Assembly: GCA_945867155.1 (NCBI GenBank) | Contig: CAMBHL010000003.1 | Coordinates: 160,099 to 200,098, forward strand | Reading direction: 5' to 3' | Length of the DNA: 40,000 bases | DNA from: an uncultured Eubacteriaceae bacterium | Lineage (GTDB): Bacteria; Bacillota; Clostridia; Eubacteriales; Eubacteriaceae | Shown here: positions 1-7,295 of the stretch, piece by piece | Numbering within the stretch: the first letter of the stretch is position 1 | Layout: every line of letters begins with the position of its first letter | Position numbers and translations under genes: made by a program | Notes under the pieces: model-generated | The model's database searches: none | The model's input: the letters and a program-made list of their open reading frames with translations, nothing else | Told to the model about the DNA's origin: nothing

Positions 1-374
1 ACCACGATGAACTTCGTCCAACCGTATGCCTTGTTCAGCTCGTACATGGTCTTGATGTAGGTATAGGTTTTTCCGACGCCGGTCTCCATCTCGATGGTCA
101 GGTTGTATTTGCCCTCGAGCGACTGTGACGGCTCGATCTGACCGTCACGCTGGATCTTCCGGATATGCTCAAGTATCTGTCCGTCGGACAGCTCCGGCAC
201 GATTTTGGCGTTCGCCCAGCCGGTGAAGTCATCCGCATCCATGATGATCTGATTTTGTTCGCTGCCTCTGTCTATCATGTAGGATGGCGTGAGGTACGGC
301 TGTCCGGCGAAAACGTCCACGACGGCCTTGGCGGCGTCAGCCTGAAACTTCTGGTGCTTGAATTGCAGTTTCAT
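1..374 (-). CDS. res: Type III restriction enzyme Res subunit, N-terminal 124 codons only (gene continues beyond window start)
   Basis: Absent from the supplied ORF track because it is open at the window edge. Hand translation of the reverse strand from ATG 374..372 gives [27 protein letters not shown]...[35 protein letters not shown], with no stop down to position 3. It has a Walker-A-like ETGVGKT and an N-terminus typical of Type III Res helicase-nucleases. An AAGGAGG RBS lies at 382-388, and the start is 12 nt after the mod stop. Confidence 0.8.
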   Translation of the reverse strand, partial: [124 protein letters not shown]

Positions 375-386
375 TCTGCCACCTCC

Positions 387-2249
387 TTAAATAACCTTGA
401 CTCTTGTATCCGGCGCAAGCAGCTTGAAAATCTCGCCGACATTGATCTTTGCCGGACTGTTGGCGAAGCTGGAGTCGCGGAACACGGCACGCAACGGCTG
501 ACGTTTGGCAATGGTCTTGATAACTGACTCCGGCACGTTCTCATCAAAGCAAGCAATTAAATCGCCGTCATTGTAAGTGTGTACCGTGCAGCCTTCGATG
601 GTTTCAGAAGTGTACGGAAGCGACAGCGGAAGTCCCCATTCGAGCAGGCAGCCAAACAATAAATCCAAATCAGTACGGTCAGATTTAACGTTGGACTCCA
701 TCATCGTGAGCATGTCCTGCGTGTAATCTCCCGCGGCGTAATAGACATTATTCATGTTGGAGTCATCGATCTTTAGATCGCGGAAGCCGTCGTCAAACTT
801 TGCGTCAGGATTGTCCTCGTGAATCTTCTTTGCAGCGCGGCGGATGCGTTCCTTGCCGATTTCGCAGATGTTCTTGTAGCCGGCTTTGAATGCCTCGCTC
901 TTTTCGTCCGTCTCTTCCCGCAACTGCACCATGATGAACTTGCGGTGTCCACCGTCCTCGGCGTTCAGCTGCATGACGGCGTGGGCAGTCGTAGCGGAGC
1001 CAGAAAAGAAGTCGAGGATGATGTCATTTTTTTCTGTTGCATGGTAAACAAGGCGCCGTATCATTTCTACTGGCTTTACCGTATCAAATCCATTATTTGG
1101 CAAAAGTGTTTTGAGTTCGCTCTTTGCACTTTCCGCTGTTCCTATTTCTTTCGAAAAAAATCCCCAGAACGGCTGCGTCGATTCATTCCTTTCATATTCT
1201 GGACGCATTTTTATAATTGCTTTTCCATTTTCGATATACAAATCTCCTGCTTGCCTGTATTCGGCAACTTGGTCTTGACCAAGTTTCCACTGTTTCCCCG
1301 CAGGCGGAGAAACAGTGGAAACTCCATCCGTAATATCAAAAATCATGCTTTTCCGACCGCGAACGCCATTGGCATTCATGACCTCGATAGGATATTTGCG
1401 ATATACTCCTCTATCATCCTTTTCCGGATATTCTTTTTCTCCAAGTTGGATTAAATGAAACCTCCGCTTTTCTTGATTCGAGTATACAAGAATCATTTCT
1501 TCTTTCGGTTGGAGTTTATTGTAGGATGTTTTTGTATTTTGCGATTTTGTTTTCGACTCCCAATAAATTTCTCCTATAAAATGACTTTCACCAAATATCT
1601 CGTTGGCGATCGAACGCATATTAAAATTCTCGTTATAATCAATCGAAATAAAAATAACCCCATCCTCACTCAGCAAATTTCTCGCTAGCATCAGCCTTGA
1701 GTAAATCATCGAACACCAGTCAGAATGATATCGCCCTGCAGATGCCGAATTTTCGCGTTGATAATTTACATTCCCATCCTCATCAAAATACCCCGTTCCT
1801 TCGTTATAATCCTCATTGTCCATGATGAATGAATCTGGGTAAATAAAGTCGTGCCCCGTATTGTAGGGAGGATCTATGTATATCATCTTGACCTTGCCGA
1901 GATAGCTTTCCTGCAGGAGCTTCAGGACTTTGAGATTGTCTCCCTCAATATAAAGATTCTCGGTCGTATCCCAATTGACGCTGTCTTCCTTGCACGGGCG
2001 CAGGGTTTTGCGGATAGGACGGTTCGCCTCCACGATGGATGCTTTTTTGCCAACCCATGTAAACTCATAGGCCTCGTCACCGTCGATCACGCTGTCGGAC
2101 AGCATCTGCTTCAACAAATCGAAATTGATGGCTTTCTTCAAATGCCCGTTTTCATCCCGTGCCTCTGTGACGCAGTTTGGGAACAGCGCGGCGATCTTCT
2201 TGACGTTCTCCTGCTGGATGTCTTCGGATTCCATTCTCATTTTATCCAT
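387..2249 (-). CDS. mod: Type III R-M Mod subunit (beta-class N6-adenine/N4-cytosine DNA methyltransferase)
   Basis: 620-aa ORF. It carries the DPPYNTG catalytic motif (IYIDPPYNTGHDF) upstream of the SAM-binding motif DFFSGSATTAHAV. This IV-then-I order with a central variable region is typical of Type III Mod. The RBS GGAGGAAAC lies just upstream of the ATG at 2249. Confidence 0.9.
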   Translation of the reverse strand: MDKMRMESEDIQQENVKKIAALFPNCVTEARDENGHLKKAINFDLLKQMLSDSVIDGDEAYEFTWVGKKASIVEANRPIRKTLRPCKEDSVNWDTTENLYIEGDNLKVLKLLQESYLGKVKMIYIDPPYNTGHDFIYPDSFIMDNEDYNEGTGYFDEDGNVNYQRENSASAGRYHSDWCSMIYSRLMLARNLLSEDGVIFISIDYNENFNMRSIANEIFGESHFIGEIYWESKTKSQNTKTSYNKLQPKEEMILVYSNQEKRRFHLIQLGEKEYPEKDDRGVYRKYPIEVMNANGVRGRKSMIFDITDGVSTVSPPAGKQWKLGQDQVAEYRQAGDLYIENGKAIIKMRPEYERNESTQPFWGFFSKEIGTAESAKSELKTLLPNNGFDTVKPVEMIRRLVYHATEKNDIILDFFSGSATTAHAVMQLNAEDGGHRKFIMVQLREETDEKSEAFKAGYKNICEIGKERIRRAAKKIHEDNPDAKFDDGFRDLKIDDSNMNNVYYAAGDYTQDMLTMMESNVKSDRTDLDLLFGCLLEWGLPLSLPYTSETIEGCTVHTYNDGDLIACFDENVPESVIKTIAKRQPLRAVFRDSSFANSPAKINVGEIFKLLAPDTRVKVI

Positions 2250-2251
2250 TA

Positions 2252-3136
2252 TCAGTTTCCTCCTTGCAGTTGCTTTCTATAATCGCCAATTTGGTAGATG
2301 GCTGCTTTCAGAACTTGCAAACATATTAATGCTGTCTGCATATCTGGGGTAAATCTCGTAGCCAATTGAGAATAGGGATGAATATAATTCCTGAAATCTC
2401 GAACCACATGACTGAATTTCTTCACATCTTGTTTCAAGAATCCCAATTCAGCAGCAACATCAATGTAGTTACTAAGTGTCCATTCTTGAAATTTCTTCGT
2501 GCTTCCATCTTTGCTCTTAGGCGCACAGTTAGCTTGATTAAATAATCGCGGATATGAAGTAGCAACACCCAGTAATATTCCTTCCATAATGCCACCTATC
2601 ATAATTACAGACGATAGAGGTGCATTAGATGCCACACAGTTTTCTGCTTCTTTCAATCGCTCTTTTATTAGTTCATTTAATTCGGCTGAAAGGCCTATAC
2701 TTTCTATGTTGATATTAAATGTCTGACTTAAGAACTCATCAGTTGTTTCTATAGTCTGCTTTTTCGAAGAGTCCACGATTACCCGGTCATGCTTTTTAAA
2801 TGTTATTACATCGTTATTGCGAACAACCTCCCATTTATCAAAAGCAAGATACTGATTAAAATGTGCTATCTGTTTGTCGAGGTAATCAATCCGTTCTATG
2901 TAATCAATAACTGCAAATACCTTCTTAATACACTTATCAAGTTCTGGCGTCCCATTTATGGCAGCAAGTTTCTGATCTGTATAGACCCATCTTGAAGGAA
3001 ATCCTTGACCATACACATCATCAAATCCCAGATCATTGAAAAAGTCGACTAACTGCGGTCCACTTCGATAATCCCCAGTATTGTCACCATTTATTATTTT
3101 TCTAAGTTCCTCAAGCGTACGCTTGCTTAATTGCAT
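2252..3136 (-). CDS. Hypothetical 294-aa protein; the C-terminal helical region carries an RDFRNYIH (R-x6-H) signature, so it may be a HEPN-like nuclease; N-terminal domain unknown
   Basis: Intact ORF. Its ATG at 3136 overlaps the upstream stop by 10 nt, and its stop lies 2 nt before the mod ATG. The last codons (caa gga gga aac tga) supply the mod RBS. The RDFRNYIH motif is encoded at 2378-2401, in a predicted helical C-terminal third. The function is an inference only. Confidence 0.7.
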   Translation of the reverse strand: MQLSKRTLEELRKIINGDNTGDYRSGPQLVDFFNDLGFDDVYGQGFPSRWVYTDQKLAAINGTPELDKCIKKVFAVIDYIERIDYLDKQIAHFNQYLAFDKWEVVRNNDVITFKKHDRVIVDSSKKQTIETTDEFLSQTFNINIESIGLSAELNELIKERLKEAENCVASNAPLSSVIMIGGIMEGILLGVATSYPRLFNQANCAPKSKDGSTKKFQEWTLSNYIDVAAELGFLKQDVKKFSHVVRDFRNYIHPYSQLATRFTPDMQTALICLQVLKAAIYQIGDYRKQLQGGN

Positions 3137-3792
3137 GTATCAAGTCCCTCCAGTTCTTTCCTGAGCTTCTTCAGCTCCGCGTTCATTTCCATCTGTCGGT
3201 TCAGCTGCTTTTCCTTGCGAATCTTTGCCTGCAGCTTACTTATTTGTTTTTGCAATTCGTCCCGGCGGTCATCCCTCGCTACGGATTCCTTCAGCGTTTC
3301 CTGCGGTGTCGATGTTTGCAGGGTATCGCCCGCAATCTGACGAACGAAGTTCTCATAAACAGCATCTATGTTCAGGCCGTCCAGATGTACTGGCAGTTCA
3401 TTTTCTAATACCCATCCGGTCTGGTAATATCGGTCAACCTTGAACGCGGCTTTACCGCTACCTGCGGCTTCCTTGTAACCGATCACTGCTTTGTATTTCC
3501 CGTCATATTCCAGTACAAACAAGATGTGGTACGGTATCTCACGGTCGATCTGCCTGAGCACATTCTCGTCAAGCGTGTCCTGGTTCAGGCGGACAAGCAA
3601 TACCTCAATCTCTGTGACGGCTTTCCCCTCCGCCAGATTGACAGTGGACGGCGCAATTTTGTTCGCCCAGTAGATAATCCGTATCTGGTCAACAAAGCTG
3701 CGCTTCAGAGCCGGGCTGATGGTCAGATTGTCATAAAACTTCTGTTTAGGGATCCGCTTGTTGAACTCCGTGGATTTCGGCAATCCCAGCAT
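3127..3792 (-). CDS. DUF4391 domain protein
   Basis: 221 aa. The N-terminus MLGLPKSTEFNKRIPKQKFYDN... and the core ...PYHILFVLEYDGKYKAVIGYKE match my recollection of the DUF4391 family, which is usually found between an SNF2-type helicase and a DNA methylase. The C-terminus is a charged coiled-coil tail (KLQAKIRKEKQLNRQMEMNAELKKLRKELE). Confidence 0.8.
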   Translation of the reverse strand: MLGLPKSTEFNKRIPKQKFYDNLTISPALKRSFVDQIRIIYWANKIAPSTVNLAEGKAVTEIEVLLVRLNQDTLDENVLRQIDREIPYHILFVLEYDGKYKAVIGYKEAAGSGKAAFKVDRYYQTGWVLENELPVHLDGLNIDAVYENFVRQIAGDTLQTSTPQETLKESVARDDRRDELQKQISKLQAKIRKEKQLNRQMEMNAELKKLRKELEGLDTCN

Positions 3793-3803
3793 ATGCTCCT
3801 CCT

Positions 3804-6800
3804 TTACATTACCACGAGGAAGGTCACCAGTTCAAAGTCATCGATGCCTTTTACCTCCGAAAGCAAGGCAGATGTGCCGCCGCTCTTGAAGAGGCTGTCG
3901 ATGTCGCTTTCCTCCTTGGTATCTATGATTGAATTGATGGCATCGGACAGCAGCGCTGACATTTCACTCATGTTCCTGCCATCATCGGTTTTTTTATTAA
4001 AACGGTCGCAGACCTCCACAATCGGTTCAGCTTTTCCACGGCACAGAAGCCTCATATCATCAAGCAGCTTCTTCGGATTCAGATAGTCGCAGACGATTTC
4101 ACCTTCCAGACTGATATAGACCATATAGAACGGATGAATGCGATTCAGACTGTCAATGTTCACACCATTGTTGCGATTCTTCAGTACGAAAAGCACTCCT
4201 TCTGGCAGGTCTTCCGTCTTCTTCACCACGGAATGCAGACCGAATGGCATGTGGTCGAGATCCGGATGCGTTTTGATGTATTCGAGAAGATCAAGTCTAA
4301 ATTCATTAAGACCGAGATCCATGATGGATATCCCGCCTGACATGTCTTCCAGATCCACCACTTCGGTCTGCAACTTCTTAAGCTGTTCGCGGCGATATTC
4401 CAGGTCTCCTTTTTCTTCCGGGCTGATCGGATTGTCGTCACCGGTAGATGTCAGAACGGAAATTTTCATCCTCGTTTCCACACGGGCTTTCAGATTAATG
4501 TACTCGTCAAGCGTCAAATCCGGCCAGAAGTTCACGAGCTGGATCTGCTTGTTCCTGCTGCCAATTCGATCTATACGTCCAAACCGCTGGATAATACGCA
4601 CTGGATTCCAGTGAATGTCGTAGTTGACGCAGTAGTCGCAGTCCTGCAGGTTCTGGCCTTCGGAGATGCAGTCGGTTGCGATCAAGATATCGATGTCCTT
4701 CTTGCTCCCCGGCATAAGGACGTCTCGATCCTTGGAAACCGGCGAGAAGCATGTGAGGATGTTGTTGAACGTCGCCTTGAAGTTCTTCAGCGTGGTTCTG
4801 CCGTCGACCGTGCCACTGATCATACCGGTATTTAGGCCGTACTTTTCCATAACATACCGGCTGACATTGTCGTACAGATACTCCGCTGTATCAGAGAATG
4901 CTGTGAAAATCAGCACCTTCCTGTTGCCAGGGTTGATCGGATTCTCAATCTTCTGTGAGATGAGCTTGTAGAGCTCCTGCAGCTTCGTGTCATGTTCCGG
5001 CGTAATATCCGCAATCATGAGAATCAGAAGTTCGAGCGTATCCGCATCCTTTTGCAGCACGTCCTTCCAGCTCTTGTAATCCATATCGACAAGGTCAATC
5101 TTCACTTTACGTCCGACAGTGAAGTAGTCGGTGTTCTGGTCCTCCATGTCGAAATCGTCGGAATCAGCTTCATACATGTCGATGTTGGCTTTTCCATATT
5201 TCTCGTACTGAGTGATTCCCTCGATTGTCTCCATAATGAATTTGCGGATGCGTTCCAGTGTAAGCCGGAAGGATGAGACCGAGCTTTCCAGCCGCTTGAG
5301 GAGATTGACACTCATCAGCCTGCGGATACCTTCTTCACGTCCAGACTGCGTCAGATTGTTTCCCTTGTGATGTGTCAGATCAATATATTTCTGCATCTTG
5401 CTCGGGAAGATATAGGCAGAAGGCGTGTAAATCTCCAGCTGAAGCTGAGAAAGCTGTTCATATATTTCGTTGTAGTTAATGGCGCTCGGAAGATCCGTCA
5501 GGCTCGGCCTAAGTGAGATTGGTTTGCGCCGTTCCGGGAACTTGCCGATCTTCTCCGTGTTGTAGTATTTCTCGATATGTTTTCGTGACCGTGCAATGGT
5601 TACAGAGTCGAGCACTTCAAAGAAATCAAAATCCAGTCGGCGCAGCAGGTTATCCGTTGTCCGTTCCTCAGCTGGGAGCTTGCTCCAAGCGTTGAATGCG
5701 GTCTGGGCCTGGCGGAATATCTCGTCGATCGACTTTGACGTATTCAACTTCTCATCAATCAACTCCGGCGTTCCTTCATATGCTAGAGCAAGTTGATTCT
5801 TGAGGTCGTTAAAGCGGTTATTGACAGGAGTTGCTGACAGCATGAGTACTTTCGTCTTCACTCCAGCGCGTACAACTTTATTCAGAAGTTTTAGATAGCG
5901 GTTTTCCTTCTGGTCCTCACCGGAAAGTTCTCCGCCGTTTCGGAAGTTATGCGACTCGTCAATAACCACAAGATCATAGTTTCCCCAGTTGAGCCGGTCG
6001 AGATCAAGCCCGTTTGATGTGCCATGGTCACGAGAAAGATCCGTATGGAAAAGGACATCGTATCGCAGCCTGTCAGCGGCAATCGGATTGTTGACGTAGT
6101 TGTCCTTGTAGGTATTCCAGTTCTCCGCCAGCTTCTTCGGGCAGAGAACAAGCACGGACTTGTTTCTGTTCTCATAGTATTTGATGACAGCGAGAGCCGT
6201 GAACGTCTTTCCAAGACCGACGCTGTCAGCGAGGATGCAGCCGTTGTACTTCTCTAGCTTGTTGATTATGGCGAGCGCAGCATCCTTCTGGAAATCGTAA
6301 AGCATATCCCAGATTTTGCTGTTCTTAAAACCGGTTGCTTCGTTCGGCAGCACGTCCTCAGAGACGTCCTCCAGAAATTCACTGAATACGTTATAAAGCG
6401 TAATGAAGTAGATCAGCTCCGGCGAATTTTCATTATAAGCAGTCGTAATGTTTTCCAAAACAACATCAGTGACGTCCTGCAGCTTTTCTTTATCGTTCCA
6501 AAGAGAATCGAAGACCTGCAAGTACTGCGCCGCGAATGGAGTCTCGAGGCTGTTCACCATATTGTAGCTATTGTTGCCACGTTCGCATCCAATATCTACC
6601 GTCGTGAATCCGTTCAAAGGCATGTAAGCTATTTTTTCAGTTCCAGAGTCGGTAACCATAAATCCGGCCATGTTCTCGCCAGTTGTATTTGATTTAAATG
6701 TGGCCTTTCTCCTGATCCAGTCGGCGCACTCTTTTGCGATTGCCTTCTGCGTCATTTCATTACGCAGCTTAATTTCAAATTCCGTGCCGTAAAGACTCTG

Positions 6801-7037
6801 CTCACGAGTAAGCCGAGGAATATAAAACTCGCGCTTCTGCTTTTTCGATTTCTCTGTTACAAAGGTCGGCGATGTGAAGATGAAGCGGAACTCATCAATG
6901 CTTTCGAGCTGCTTTTTCAATTCACTATAGGCATACATAGAAAAGCAAGCCGCTGCCACGGAAACCTTGCTATTCCGCTTTATCGTTTTTTCCATGTCAT
7001 CTCGAACGATGTTCGTGACATTATCAAATACCTTCAT
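3804..7037 (-). CDS. SNF2/RAD54-family helicase-related protein with a large N-terminal non-helicase domain
   Basis: Helicase motifs: ILADSVGLGKTFTA (I), DLVVIDESHNFRN (II), MLSATPVNN (III), and LIATDCISEGQNLQ...HWNPVRIIQRFGRIDRIGS (V/VI). I place the start at ATG 7037 (MKVFDNVTNIVRDD...), the N-terminus typical of this family, rather than the GTG at 7148 used by the ORF track. Confidence 0.9.
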   Translation of the reverse strand: MKVFDNVTNIVRDDMEKTIKRNSKVSVAAACFSMYAYSELKKQLESIDEFRFIFTSPTFVTEKSKKQKREFYIPRLTREQSLYGTEFEIKLRNEMTQKAIAKECADWIRRKATFKSNTTGENMAGFMVTDSGTEKIAYMPLNGFTTVDIGCERGNNSYNMVNSLETPFAAQYLQVFDSLWNDKEKLQDVTDVVLENITTAYNENSPELIYFITLYNVFSEFLEDVSEDVLPNEATGFKNSKIWDMLYDFQKDAALAIINKLEKYNGCILADSVGLGKTFTALAVIKYYENRNKSVLVLCPKKLAENWNTYKDNYVNNPIAADRLRYDVLFHTDLSRDHGTSNGLDLDRLNWGNYDLVVIDESHNFRNGGELSGEDQKENRYLKLLNKVVRAGVKTKVLMLSATPVNNRFNDLKNQLALAYEGTPELIDEKLNTSKSIDEIFRQAQTAFNAWSKLPAEERTTDNLLRRLDFDFFEVLDSVTIARSRKHIEKYYNTEKIGKFPERRKPISLRPSLTDLPSAINYNEIYEQLSQLQLEIYTPSAYIFPSKMQKYIDLTHHKGNNLTQSGREEGIRRLMSVNLLKRLESSVSSFRLTLERIRKFIMETIEGITQYEKYGKANIDMYEADSDDFDMEDQNTDYFTVGRKVKIDLVDMDYKSWKDVLQKDADTLELLILMIADITPEHDTKLQELYKLISQKIENPINPGNRKVLIFTAFSDTAEYLYDNVSRYVMEKYGLNTGMISGTVDGRTTLKNFKATFNNILTCFSPVSKDRDVLMPGSKKDIDILIATDCISEGQNLQDCDYCVNYDIHWNPVRIIQRFGRIDRIGSRNKQIQLVNFWPDLTLDEYINLKARVETRMKISVLTSTGDDNPISPEEKGDLEYRREQLKKLQTEVVDLEDMSGGISIMDLGLNEFRLDLLEYIKTHPDLDHMPFGLHSVVKKTEDLPEGVLFVLKNRNNGVNIDSLNRIHPFYMVYISLEGEIVCDYLNPKKLLDDMRLLCRGKAEPIVEVCDRFNKKTDDGRNMSEMSALLSDAINSIIDTKEESDIDSLFKSGGTSALLSEVKGIDDFELVTFLVVM

Positions 7038-7100
7038 TAACTTTTCTCGCCTTCCATATGTAATCTCTTTATCATATACGACCTGTTGATGAAAGTAAGC

Positions 7101-7129
7101 ATTATGCGTCAGGATAAAGATCTGTTCAA
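7101..7129 (-). promoter_or_regulatory. Candidate sigma70-type promoter for the defence operon
   Basis: Reverse strand reads TTGAAC (7129-7124), a 17-nt spacer, then CATAAT (7106-7101). It lies about 65 nt upstream of ATG 7037. Sequence match only. Confidence 0.35.
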
Positions 7130-7135
7130 TGTACC

Positions 7136-7185
7136 AATCACGAGTCACAACCTATCAAATATCTAATCACGAGTCTCAACCCTAT
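7136..7185. repeat. Imperfect 20-bp direct repeat pair at the island/core junction
   Basis: AATCACGAGTCACAACCTAT (7136-7155) and AATCACGAGTCTCAACCCTAT (7165-7185). They differ by one substitution and one 1-nt indel, and their starts are 29 bp apart. Confidence 0.6.
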
Positions 7186-7295
7186 AAAACAGCTCGATCG
7201 ATAAGTTCCCCCAGAGGGTTTTTTCTTAATTGAACCATCCTTTTGCAAAAAGTCAGGTGTGCAGGAATGGCTTAAAATAAGGCTTTTCTCACTCC

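Noticed and set aside
165-556. Track ORFs 165..527 (+) and 371..556 (-) at the left edge.
   Set aside because: They overlap the much better supported res N-terminus (1..374) and mod C-terminus, and their translations have no recognisable features.
387-2249. Phase-variable simple-sequence repeat in mod (phasevarion).
   Set aside because: I saw only short homopolymers of 7 nt or less (for example near 1025-1035 and 1155-1162). There are no tetra- or penta-nucleotide repeat tracts of the kind that drive Type III mod switching.
7038-7148. A GTG-initiated 37-codon N-terminal extension of the SNF2 helicase, as in the ORF track.
   Set aside because: The family-typical N-terminus starts at MKVFDN (ATG 7037). 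The extension would contain the best promoter candidate, and there is no RBS before the GTG. It is kept only as a possible gene relic in the findings.
7208-7224. CCCCCAGAGGG followed by TTTTTT, considered as a plus-strand terminator.
   Set aside because: The stem is only ~3 bp and no plus-strand gene ends upstream of it.
7241-7250. A perfect 10-bp palindrome, TTTTGCAAAA, between rlmD and the defence operon, considered as a possible operator.
   Set aside because: It is too short and AT-rich to distinguish from chance, and there is no second copy or adjacent regulator gene.
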